Source: a virus (lineage: Duplodnaviria > Caudoviricetes). Taken from it: DNA of 64,000 nt. The stretch is taken from the IMG/VR virus record IMGVR_UViG_3300021376_000006. One strand, 5' to 3'. The position numbers and the translations under genes were made by a program. Shown one piece after another: positions 1 through 8,260 of the stretch (within the stretch, counting starts at the first letter, position 1; every line of letters begins with the position of its first letter). The notes beneath the pieces are model-generated. The model was not told where the DNA came from, made no database searches, and was given only the letters and a program-made list of their open reading frames with translations.

Positions 1-120
1 GTATAAATTCTGTGCGTATATTTCCTTGCCTTGTACTTTTTCTACAAGCCACCATGTGGTACGCAAGTCACGCTCCATATTCCAGCTATGTCTTGGCATA
101 AAAATATTTATTAGGTCAAG

Positions 121-146
121 AAAAAAGGCAGCATTGCGCTGCCTTT
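121..146 (-). terminator. rho-independent terminator
   Basis: AAAGGCAGC-loop-GCTGCCTTT stem followed by a T-run on the minus strand, downstream of ORF 166..435. Confidence 0.7.
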
Positions 147-165
147 CTTACTGAGTCAACTAGAA

Positions 166-435
166 TTAGTCAACTAGACCCATTGCGATAGCTTTGTAAC
201 CAGCTGCAACAATCTTACGGCTAGCTTTACCATGACGGTATTCAGTTACACGAACGCCATTACCTGCTTTACGGGTATTAGCATACACAGGAAAACCTGC
301 GTAACGAATTTCGCTGATGGTAGCCGTTGGATTCTTGATTGAGAATCGCTTTGCAATTTGGCTAGCACTCAGTGTCTCACCGTCAATGACGAGAGCGCGG
401 AACAACTTACCTTGCTTTGTGTTTAAATTAAACAT
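166..435 (-). CDS. small helix-turn-helix DNA-binding protein
   Basis: LSASQIAKRFSIKNPTATISEIR resembles an HTH; GGAG RBS. Confidence 0.55.
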   Translation of the reverse strand: MFNLNTKQGKLFRALVIDGETLSASQIAKRFSIKNPTATISEIRYAGFPVYANTRKAGNGVRVTEYRHGKASRKIVAAGYKAIAMGLVD

Positions 436-479
436 CTAATATCTCCTAAATAAGATATGCTGTACTACAGCATTCAAGT

Positions 480-508
480 ATTATATGCGAATGTTTTGGA
501 AAATGCAA
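480..508 (-). promoter_or_regulatory. sigma70-type promoter
   Basis: TTGCAT-N17-TATAAT upstream of 435. Confidence 0.65.
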
Positions 509-511
509 CTG

Positions 512-937
512 TTATTTGTCTGTTTTTTCATCTTTTTTTACCAAACTCCACGATCCATTCTTGTTATCAATCCATTCAATGGTGTCACCTTCCTTCCAAC
601 CTGCTTCTTGTAATATTTCATCAGTAAAAGGAAGCATAAGATCGCCAGTCTCAGGATCTTCTTCTAAAGTCACAGTCCAGGATTTGATCATTGGAGTTAC
701 CTCCTGCACATTTGCTATTTTGAAACTTCGCCATTCATTTTTATCTGTACACCACACACTCAAGTTATTAATATTTGTTTTTCTTGTTTTGCCTTCTTGT
801 ATGTTTTGTGTATCAATAATAGGTAATAGTTCACTTTTAAGCGTACACGGCATTGTTCGTAGTTCTCCATTTACTTTAGTAAAAGTGACTTCGCAGATAC
901 CGGACTGCAACATTGTGATTATTTCATCTCTAGTCAT
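512..937 (-). CDS. WYL_2/SH3-like domain fused to AbrB/MazE-like domain
   Basis: CEVTFTKVNGELRTMPCTL...WRSFKIANV (phage WYL_2/Sm-like fold) then TLEEDPETGDLMLPF...GWKEGDTIEW (AbrB-like); start moved to MTRDE. Confidence 0.55.
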   Translation of the reverse strand: MTRDEIITMLQSGICEVTFTKVNGELRTMPCTLKSELLPIIDTQNIQEGKTRKTNINNLSVWCTDKNEWRSFKIANVQEVTPMIKSWTVTLEEDPETGDLMLPFTDEILQEAGWKEGDTIEWIDNKNGSWSLVKKDEKTDK

Positions 938-1548
938 TAAATACCTCTTCCCATAATTGTTCCATATACTGGTTGTTCTTCGGTTTGTAAAATTTTGTAT
1001 CCATTTGCTAACAAGTAAGGCACCACTGCACCACCTTTGCCTGAATAGTGACCCCACCATTTATTATACCAGGTATCGTCTAGGACCACAACACTTTGTT
1101 TGGCCATATACGGTAAAGCAGCTATCATTTGTTCAAGATGAGCACGTTGACTGTTTACATTGGTCATTTCAAAACCCAGTTTTCGATATCGAGCCTGCTG
1201 TTCAACAACAAATGATTCGGTATTTTCCGGATGCCAGTCCCAGTCAAAATTGTCAAGATAAAGAAAACTGATTTGACCAAGATGTGGGGACCATGTTTTG
1301 AAAAACAGTTCACCCGTGCCCAGCCAAGTTTTTAGATTGGGAATCTTTAATTTAGAAACAAAACCAAGATTCTCGCTATCAACATCCACAGTGTATAATT
1401 CGCGGCCGTAGTGTTGTGCCCATTCTGCAATAGTCCGTGTGCTGCCATCGTCACCATTACGGCTGGTGCCTATTTCCACAAACCATTCAATATTGGCAGG
1501 AGCAATTTGGTCTAGATACTGTTCGGCTCTACGAAATATCTGACCCAT
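937..1548 (-). CDS. class I SAM-dependent methyltransferase-like protein
   Basis: VEIGT motif I, YTVD, FLYLD, VLDD; start uncertain (alternative TTG at 1593). Confidence 0.6.
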   Translation of the reverse strand: MGQIFRRAEQYLDQIAPANIEWFVEIGTSRNGDDGSTRTIAEWAQHYGRELYTVDVDSENLGFVSKLKIPNLKTWLGTGELFFKTWSPHLGQISFLYLDNFDWDWHPENTESFVVEQQARYRKLGFEMTNVNSQRAHLEQMIAALPYMAKQSVVVLDDTWYNKWWGHYSGKGGAVVPYLLANGYKILQTEEQPVYGTIMGRGI

Positions 1549-1698
1549 GTACTCGTTCAAATTCTTTTTTGACAGTGCAATATTGATCAACAATATACAA
1601 TATACTAGATTTTATTATTTTGTAAGTGACAGCTACAAAAAAATACGCAACATATACAAAAGGAAAGATTACTGCAAATAAGAATTCAAAAAGCAGTT

Positions 1699-1932
1699 TC
1701 ATGATTTTAACTCCTTGAGTACCATTTCTTGGGCACGTTGATCTAGTTCTGCATTTTCCGCATCAGTTATATATGCAGCTATTTCATGCACCAACTCTTG
1801 TACTGCAATTTTGCCAGGTTCGATGAACGAGCTAAATTGTCGTCCGGTACTGCTTCGATGATAATAACGACTGTTATTCATTATTTCTTTGACACCGCCG
1901 TACATGAGTTCTTTGATTGCTTGTTTTTCAAT
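1699..1932 (-). CDS. hypothetical protein
   Basis: C-terminal part of track ORF 1699..2208; start uncertain (ATT at 1932 with AGGA RBS, or ATG at 1905). Confidence 0.5.
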   Translation of the reverse strand: MEKQAIKELMYGGVKEIMNNSRYYHRSSTGRQFSSFIEPGKIAVQELVHEIAAYITDAENAELDQRAQEMVLKELKS

Positions 1933-1942
1933 GACCAGTCCT

Positions 1943-3259
1943 TTACATTTTTTCGCCTGCTCTAAATCCTCTAAACCGTAGGAAACGCGGAAACCGTAAA
2001 GAGTAAGTGCCATCTTGGTTTTGAGTAACAGCATCGGCACGTACTTCGGCAATGGTGCCCATAATCGTTTCACGACCCAACCAATAATCATCACGATTGG
2101 CATCACTAAAACCAGAACCCACATGTACACGTATTCTACGACCATCGTCCTCACCCTCACATATAATAGCACCCAGCCTGCCGGCATTACGACCGGTTCC
2201 TTGTTCAAAATCCACTACAGTCAAACTGACTTCAATAAATGGTTTGAGTTTGAGCCAGGCAGTGCTACGCTTGCACTCGTAGGGAGCAGCTGGATCCTTG
2301 ATCATGATGCCTTCGTACCCGCCTGCAATGGCACGTTGATTGATCTCACGAAATTGATCTTGACCTACCGCAGTATCTAAATCAATTGCTTCATAACTCA
2401 GCACCGTGACATTAGGCAAGGCATCTTGTACGGTGGCATACCATTCTTGCAACATAACACTACGATGTTCTTGTTGTGCAGAACTTGCACCACCGTTATT
2501 GAATTGTTCTAGTGTAAGGTAATCAAACAAGTTTAGAATAGCATCACCAGCAGCCACATTGTCCTTGCGATGTACCTGCTTCATGAGATCCTGAAAACTG
2601 CTGCTCATAATCTCACCATCTAGCACCATAGGTTCATTGAACCCGTGTGCTACTGCTGCCAGCTGTTCTTTGACATGTTCAAAGTTTACCAGCTCTTTGC
2701 CATTCCGGCTAAATTGAAGAACACGACCATCTGGCCAAACAATAGTAATAACACGCACACCATCCAACTTGACTTCAACAAGTTTTTGTCCTTGAAGTTT
2801 TCCTTCATGATTAGCACTATCGTGAGCAAGCTGGCAAGCGAAAGTAGGTACAATGTAATCTGCATTAATTTTCTCCACTGCTTTGTTGATGGTTTTTTCG
2901 CTAACACCACAGCGAAGATCTTTGATTAGAATACGTCGACACCATGAGTTCCATTCCGCTGGTGTAGCCATAGCCATGGCTCTCTGAACCAAATCTCTGG
3001 CATTGTTGCCTGTCGCTATCCTGCTGTTCAGTTGTGTACACAGTTCAAGGAACAGTTCGCGGCCTAGACCATCGCCTGTTGTATCTTTCTTTTCTGGAAC
3101 TTGTTTAAGCCCAAAAGTAATCATTGGATCCAGTGCCAATCTACAGCCTTCAAAAAACTCGTCGTGGCCTTGTACTGCAACTATAGCGATTACGGTTTCT
3201 TTGGCCAAGCGGCTATTATCTCGTTCTAGTTCTTGAACGATTTCCCATGGTTTACGCAT
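1943..3259 (-). CDS. lig: ATP-dependent DNA ligase
   Basis: EVKLDGVR (KxDGxR), DGEI, EGIMIK, WLKLK, SLRFPRF; start MRKPW with GGAG RBS. Confidence 0.95.
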   Translation of the reverse strand: MRKPWEIVQELERDNSRLAKETVIAIVAVQGHDEFFEGCRLALDPMITFGLKQVPEKKDTTGDGLGRELFLELCTQLNSRIATGNNARDLVQRAMAMATPAEWNSWCRRILIKDLRCGVSEKTINKAVEKINADYIVPTFACQLAHDSANHEGKLQGQKLVEVKLDGVRVITIVWPDGRVLQFSRNGKELVNFEHVKEQLAAVAHGFNEPMVLDGEIMSSSFQDLMKQVHRKDNVAAGDAILNLFDYLTLEQFNNGGASSAQQEHRSVMLQEWYATVQDALPNVTVLSYEAIDLDTAVGQDQFREINQRAIAGGYEGIMIKDPAAPYECKRSTAWLKLKPFIEVSLTVVDFEQGTGRNAGRLGAIICEGEDDGRRIRVHVGSGFSDANRDDYWLGRETIMGTIAEVRADAVTQNQDGTYSLRFPRFLRFRGFRAGEKM

Positions 3260-3659
3260 CTTGTAACTCCTTGATGTGGCGGCACGATTTACGAAATTGG
3301 AATCCTGGGCAAGTGCAGGTCCATGTGTTCTTGTTACGAATAACATTGTATCGGGATCCACGACTTCCGTCAACTGTCCAAACTTGGGTATCATCTTTCA
3401 CCGCTTGTTGCCTAGCTGTACGACCATCTGCGTATTCTACATTAGTAACCCGAGATAACGGAATTTCCCTGATACGTACAGGGCTGTCAAAATCTGTTAC
3501 GATTCTAACAAAATCTGGAGGAGTAAATTTTGTTGCTTTTTCAACAATACCAGTGATTGTTGTTTTGTTAACTGTTGCACTTCCTATAACATAGCTAGGA
3601 AATTCAAAAGTAATAGCAATTGTGCAACCCGCATCTGGAATAGAGAATTGTGTATTCAT
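3252..3659 (-). CDS. SWIM zinc-finger protein
   Basis: C-terminal WTCTCPGFQFRKSCRHIK. Confidence 0.75.
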   Translation of the reverse strand: MNTQFSIPDAGCTIAITFEFPSYVIGSATVNKTTITGIVEKATKFTPPDFVRIVTDFDSPVRIREIPLSRVTNVEYADGRTARQQAVKDDTQVWTVDGSRGSRYNVIRNKNTWTCTCPGFQFRKSCRHIKELQDA

Positions 3660-3665
3660 GCTCTG

Positions 3666-3694
3666 ATTATAGCAAAGAGCTGAATTATGGTCAA
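3666..3694 (-). promoter_or_regulatory. sigma70-type promoter
   Basis: TTGACC-N17-TATAAT directly upstream of 3659. Confidence 0.75.
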
Positions 3695-3715
3695 GTTATC
3701 CTAATTGCAATATTG

Positions 3716-4039
3716 TTAATCTATTAACACTAAGCTGTCCCCGCCGGTTTCAGAATTGTATCTATCCAACCAGTAAATAAATTCGGGATATATGGTAGTA
3801 GTGGGCGCGAAAGTAATCTTTTCACCGACTTTAACCTCAATATTGCTTTCTAATAGAGTACTGTAACAGGTTTCGAGAATATCTTCTGAAGTATATAATT
3901 GTTGCTGTTCATAACTTTGCCATAGCTGAATATTTTTTTCATGTGCTGCGTTAAACTGCTGAAGTTCTTGAGCATTAAGAGTGTCATCTGCCCATTTTTG
4001 TATGTCTGTATTAGATAGTTTTCTAAGGTATGTAGTCAT
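3716..4039 (-). CDS. hypothetical protein (AT-rich)
   Basis: open frame with AGGA RBS; C-terminus similar to its neighbour (YWLD/YWLQ). Confidence 0.5.
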   Translation of the reverse strand: MTTYLRKLSNTDIQKWADDTLNAQELQQFNAAHEKNIQLWQSYEQQQLYTSEDILETCYSTLLESNIEVKVGEKITFAPTTTIYPEFIYWLDRYNSETGGDSLVLID

Positions 4040-4050
4040 TATTAATTCCT

Positions 4051-4407
4051 TTAACCAATTATTTCTCTAGGATAGTAAATTACATCTGGATCTTCAGACA
4101 GACATTGTAACCAATAATCAAATCTTGGATGATAAACAAAATCTTCCACAATTTGATACAAATAACCAACGTCAATTGTAACGGTAGTGCCATCTGACAT
4201 TGTAAATGTTTCTGTCAGATTTGGCATCTGTACTAAACGATTAAGTTGTACTTGTTCTTCTTGGTAAGCTTGAATATTTGTTAGATCTGACATAAATTCT
4301 TGAAATCGGTCAGGCGATAACCTAGTTTTTGCCCAAAAATCAAAATCAGCGCAATATTTTTTACCGTCTTTTATAAGTAGAGAATGAAGTAATCTAACAG
4401 TTATCAT
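4051..4407 (-). CDS. hypothetical protein (AT-rich)
   Basis: open frame, tandem with 3716..4039. Confidence 0.5.
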   Translation of the reverse strand: MITVRLLHSLLIKDGKKYCADFDFWAKTRLSPDRFQEFMSDLTNIQAYQEEQVQLNRLVQMPNLTETFTMSDGTTVTIDVGYLYQIVEDFVYHPRFDYWLQCLSEDPDVIYYPREIIG

Positions 4408-4454
4408 GTGTTTAATCCAATAATGATTATCACAGTATTTAGTTCAATTTTGAC

Positions 4455-4836
4455 ATCCAGCCACTTCTGTTACCGAGCAGGCTGGGTCCATCTCTGAGTC
4501 TTAGTTTAGCTTAGGCAGCTAAACGAACCTCAAACAGCTCATCATTGGCTGCATTTATGGTTTTGCTTCTTTTACGGAGATCGCCTACCGTGTTGTCCAT
4601 ATCCTTACTTATTGCCCTGTCGAAACCAAATTCAGGCCCATCAAAAAGCATTTTCAAGGTGTCCCTCTCCGATACAACGAGGAATCGCTAACCTTGTCTG
4701 CCTTCCCCACTCTTATCAGCTTCCTCATACTTACCGTGGTGGGTCGTTATATCATCGGGCAAAATGCTTTTTGGTGGACCTGCCCGGGGTCGAACCGGGG
4801 TCCAGAACACCTTTCATTCAACTTCATACAACAATT
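4455..4836 (-). ncRNA. ssrA: circularly permuted (two-piece) tmRNA; acceptor piece ~4836-4772, intervening segment 4771-4640, coding piece 4639-~4455
   Basis: T-arm CCCGG-TTCGACC-CCGGG then CAGGTCC-A-CCA ending at 4772 lies upstream of 5' end GGGCCTGAATTTGGTTTCGAC at 4639; acceptor stem has G3.U70; tag ORF 4552-4511 encodes AANDELFEVRLAA*; outer ends approximate. Confidence 0.9.
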
Positions 4837-4960
4837 TTAATCTTTATTTTCTTTGACCCATTTGTAATAGATCAGTACGCATGCTAGTGTTATGGAACCT
4901 ATTAATAATACGCCCAATAAAAAACCAACTATAAAGTAAAGCTGCTCGGTTCCAATTTAC

Positions 4961-5638
4961 TCACTTACGGTCTCCAAATAGTTGTAGGAGACTTAGAAAT
5001 ATATTTATAAAGTCAAGATACAGGGTTAAAGCACCACGAATTTCTGCTGTACCGTTATCAGTGTCGTAGCTGACTTCTTCACGGATTTTTTGAGTATCAT
5101 AAGCTGTTAAAACAGTAAAAATAATTATTGCCAGCGCACTTATTACCATTTGCATCACGCTGTTCTGAAGCCAAATATTAATTATACTGGCGATAATTAC
5201 AGTAATTAGACCAATCATGAAAAACTGTCCAATTGTGTCCAATGACCTTCGAGTAAAATATCCGTAAATGCTCATTACAGCGAACAGAATGCTTGCGCCA
5301 AAAAACGCTGAAGTGATACTACCTAGAGTGTAAACAACAAATATAGCACTAAAACTTAAACCCATTAATGCTGCAAATCCATGCAGCATAGCTATGGCCG
5401 CAGGTTTGGGTGGATTTTTAGCCAAAGCAAAACTGATTGCAAAAATTGCCGCCAAAGGTGCAAAAATTACCAACCATTTTACAGGTGTCCCGAACAAAAA
5501 TGTCATGGCAGCATGATTGTATCCAACCAATGCACTTACCATCATGCTTGTAATCACAGCCATGGCCATATGACCATACACAGCCAACATGGCATCATTA
5601 ATTTGAGTAGCACTACGAACAATTCTATTACTGTACAT
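4961..5638 (-). CDS. yccA: Bax inhibitor-1/YccA family membrane protein
   Basis: about 7 hydrophobic helices, AYDTQKI, ALTLYLDFINIFL signature. Confidence 0.9.
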   Translation of the reverse strand: MYSNRIVRSATQINDAMLAVYGHMAMAVITSMMVSALVGYNHAAMTFLFGTPVKWLVIFAPLAAIFAISFALAKNPPKPAAIAMLHGFAALMGLSFSAIFVVYTLGSITSAFFGASILFAVMSIYGYFTRRSLDTIGQFFMIGLITVIIASIINIWLQNSVMQMVISALAIIIFTVLTAYDTQKIREEVSYDTDNGTAEIRGALTLYLDFINIFLSLLQLFGDRK

Positions 5639-5687
5639 ATTTTTTCCTTGAATATATTTGCCTACTTATTTAAAACTTAATAGATGT

Positions 5688-5713
5688 AAAAAAAAGGACC
5701 CTAAGGTCCTTTT
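5688..5713 (-). terminator. rho-independent terminator
   Basis: AAAAGGACC-TTAG-GGTCCTTTTTTTT. Confidence 0.75.
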
Positions 5714-5731
5714 GGGCTTAGCCGTATGGTG

Positions 5732-6055
5732 TTAGGCTGGCTGCTTGTTGCTGGCGCGGGCCTTGATAGCATCCATGCTAGGCTTGGCGCCTTTAACCTT
5801 AACGGTGCCAACACTATTGTACTTGGCATCCGCTGCATCAATTGCAGCAGCAAACTCAGGATTTGTATACAGATCCGTAGTTTTAAGATGGGACACCAGC
5901 TCACCCTTGGTCATTGCACGAGGCAGTTCGACCAGGTTGATATCGGTATCAGTTTTGGCTAGAATCTTGACGCGAGTCATGTCACCGGCAAAGCGAACCT
6001 TGTACTGGCCCTTAGTTTTAGAAACACCACCTACCATAAAAGTTTTGTCAGTCAT
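5732..6055 (-). CDS. hypothetical phage protein
   Basis: GGAG RBS, preceded by promoter, followed by terminator. Confidence 0.65.
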   Translation of the reverse strand: MTDKTFMVGGVSKTKGQYKVRFAGDMTRVKILAKTDTDINLVELPRAMTKGELVSHLKTTDLYTNPEFAAAIDAADAKYNSVGTVKVKGAKPSMDAIKARASNKQPA

Positions 6056-6111
6056 TTGTTACTCTCCACAAGTAAAGTTGAAATTAGATTGCATGCTGCA
6101 ACCATACCACT

Positions 6112-6140
6112 ATTGTACTGCCTTTCGAATTAGAGGTCAA
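6112..6140 (-). promoter_or_regulatory. sigma70-type promoter
   Basis: TTGACC-N17-TACAAT. Confidence 0.65.
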
Positions 6141-6402
6141 CCTCTTTTTGGTCGGCAGTTTAACCAAAATCATCTGCTTAGTTCGGTTGCGGTTTCTTTG
6201 GTTTTGTCCACCGCTTTGTCCATGATACGAGCGATGCCCGTAAAGCCAATGGTAGCCACAACTATACCAAAAATGATACCGTACACAAAGGTTCTCATTT
6301 CGCTTTCTCCAATTTGATAGGATTAATCAAAACATTGAGTCGGTCCGTTGGCAGCTTCTAGCTGTTTGGATTATAATTCACCCGACAACGATTGCGGTTG
6401 CA

Positions 6403-6567
6403 TTAGTTATAACCAACCTCGTAGTCTTCGGGCTCTAACATGTCAGCTTCAAGTACAGCGTCATGATAGTCAGTGGCATTGAGCAAGATCACTTGTCCTT
6501 CAGCAAAGCAGGCCATATAACCGCCTGATACTGGATCAAGTTCCACACTGATTAGAAAATTACCCAT
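6403..6567 (-). CDS. small acidic hypothetical protein (54 aa)
   Basis: manual translation MGNFLISVELD...EVGYN; AAGGAG RBS. Confidence 0.55.
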   Translation of the reverse strand: MGNFLISVELDPVSGGYMACFAEGQVILLNATDYHDAVLEADMLEPEDYEVGYN

Positions 6568-6727
6568 GTTCGATCTCCTTGTCTTTATAAAAGAATGCTG
6601 CGCCCAATTGCGTTTCTAGTACATCGGCTCTGGTAGGATAATCCTCTACCAAGATTTGGGCCAGCTGCATCATGCTAGTGTTGCTCAGCATGGCCAATTC
6701 GTTAGCAAGAGTTTCTAGTCGGTTCAT
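6560..6727 (-). CDS. small hypothetical protein
   Basis: manual translation MNRLETLANE...; overlaps both neighbours. Confidence 0.5.
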   Translation of the reverse strand: MNRLETLANELAMLSNTSMMQLAQILVEDYPTRADVLETQLGAAFFYKDKEIEHG

Positions 6728-6900
6728 AGCTCGTCCAAGTTGATATCACTAAGTTCTTTGGGTTTGGCTTGCGGTCGTCCCCAGGCACCGGCACCTGCGT
6801 CGGGCGAACTCTTGCCAGCCGGTATCTGTTGAATTTCTCCACCATTTGCAAGAAATTCTGCAATGGCCTGTTCGTATTCTGCTTGAGCTTCTTTGTTCAA
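6724..6900 (-). CDS. small hypothetical protein
   Basis: TTG start, AIAEFLANGGEIQQIP; stop overlaps next start. Confidence 0.5.
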   Translation of the reverse strand: MNKEAQAEYEQAIAEFLANGGEIQQIPAGKSSPDAGAGAWGRPQAKPKELSDINLDEL

Positions 6901-7095
6901 TTATACACTCCCATAATGTTCTGCATCCAGATCGGCTGCAATGTCTGCGTAAGTATACATGTCATCGTCAATTTGGTCAAGTATGGTCGACACCTGCTGA
7001 ACATTAAGACCCACACGATCCGCTATCTCCGACAAAGGTACACCATCAAAATCCAGTTCACAAATTTCCATTTCCAGGCTTGTAAAGTAAGTCAT
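6901..7095 (-). CDS. small acidic hypothetical protein, possible HTH
   Basis: LSEIADRVGLNVQQV; GGAG RBS before MTYF. Confidence 0.5.
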   Translation of the reverse strand: MTYFTSLEMEICELDFDGVPLSEIADRVGLNVQQVSTILDQIDDDMYTYADIAADLDAEHYGSV

Positions 7096-7096
7096 A

Positions 7097-7348
7097 TCAA
7101 CTCCAGTTCTTTTTGTCACCGTATTCTTCGTTGTAGTCGTAGCCAGCGTCGTATTCTTCACGTTCGGCCTCGGTAAGATAAACTATCCTGGCTCCGATCC
7201 CGGTGCCATGTGGATACCAATGCGGACCACGTGGCCGATTATAATAACTGTCTGCACTACCGCGATCAAACAAGCTGCCGTGGCGAGCACGATCAAACTG
7301 CGGCAGTTCGGACAAAATCTTAAACACTTTTTCTTTTTCTGCTTGCAT
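7097..7348 (-). CDS. hypothetical phage protein
   Basis: HGSLFDRGSADSYY...P motif; AAGGAG RBS. Confidence 0.6.
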   Translation of the reverse strand: MQAEKEKVFKILSELPQFDRARHGSLFDRGSADSYYNRPRGPHWYPHGTGIGARIVYLTEAEREEYDAGYDYNEEYGDKKNWS

Positions 7349-7378
7349 CTTTTGCTCCTTATCAATTACTATATTCGT

Positions 7379-7407
7379 ATTATAACAAATAGGGTCTTTT
7401 TGGTCTA
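7379..7407 (-). promoter_or_regulatory. sigma70-type early promoter
   Basis: TAGACC-N17-TATAAT followed by ATAGTAATTGATAAGGAG leader. Confidence 0.7.
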
Positions 7408-7411
7408 CCAT

Positions 7412-7741
7412 TTATTTTTTAGGGATACGATAGATAATGCCCTGGGCAGTTGTTCTTTTAACAACACCGGCAGCAGCCCATTCAGTTTCCATCAGCGCAA
7501 GATTTTTGCGGTCCACTACAGCAGGACGATCCAACTTGATTGCAATAAAGCGATCGCGGAAGTTAACATGAAATGCTCTAGCCGAATACATCATTTCCAA
7601 CACCAGCTTCATGCGTTCGGCAGCAACCTTTTGTTTTTCGGTGTAGTGAGTGCTGGCAGCGTACGAGCGTTGAGCTGCATCACGAGCAGCGGCATAAGCA
7701 AAATAACCAGCGTTTTTGACATCCAATTCGCGCTCTTGCAT
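7412..7741 (-). CDS. hypothetical protein
   Basis: AAGGAG RBS, own promoter. Confidence 0.6.
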   Translation of the reverse strand: MQERELDVKNAGYFAYAAARDAAQRSYAASTHYTEKQKVAAERMKLVLEMMYSARAFHVNFRDRFIAIKLDRPAVVDRKNLALMETEWAAAGVVKRTTAQGIIYRIPKK

Positions 7742-7773
7742 GTTTGCTACTCCTTATTAGTTACTATACCAAT

Positions 7774-7802
7774 ATTATAGCAAAATGGTGAATTTGGGTC
7801 AA
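7774..7802 (-). promoter_or_regulatory. sigma70-type early promoter
   Basis: TTGACC-N17-TATAAT followed by ATAGTAACTAATAAGGAG leader. Confidence 0.8.
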
Positions 7803-7858
7803 CCAAAATACCAGTGTTGTAAAACAACAACAAAAGTTGCAGATCTTGTAACAGTTGC

Positions 7859-8260
7859 TTAGTTAGCAACCAGGCCTAGCTTGCGTAGTTCAACAGTAAA
7901 AGTGGGGCGGATCGTGGGATCTACTTCCAGTACTTCTGATCCGGCCATGTCCAATCGATCAGCAATATCTTTAGCTTCTTTGAGGCCGAGCCGTCTGCGA
8001 TCATAGGTACGAATACACTTGATCACAGCAAATTTGTCCCCCAGCTTGTTCACAAACGGATTCTTGACATTTATCTTGTCTCTGCGATAGTTGCCGGTCA
8101 ACATGGCCATAAATATCTCGCCTTTGAGATCCGGGTCAATGGTATCCGCAATCGTGGTCCACAATTCCATACCTTTATCAGCGCCATAGATATCAGCAAT
8201 GGTCTGCATGAATCCAATACCAGCGCCTACAAGATCTTCTCGGTGTTTTTCGGGTAGCAT
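7859..8260 (-). CDS. ribosomal protein bL12 (L7/L12) C-terminal-like domain protein
   Basis: KFAVIKCIRT...LGLKEAKDIAD resembles the bL12 CTD motif KI.VIK.VR...GLGLKEAKD.V. Confidence 0.6.
   Translation of the reverse strand: MLPEKHREDLVGAGIGFMQTIADIYGADKGMELWTTIADTIDPDLKGEIFMAMLTGNYRRDKINVKNPFVNKLGDKFAVIKCIRTYDRRRLGLKEAKDIADRLDMAGSEVLEVDPTIRPTFTVELRKLGLVAN

Noticed and set aside
4772-4810. Stand-alone tRNA gene
   Set aside because: Only the T-arm and acceptor 3' strand are here; the matching 5' strand is 130 nt downstream with a tag ORF, so it is a tmRNA piece.
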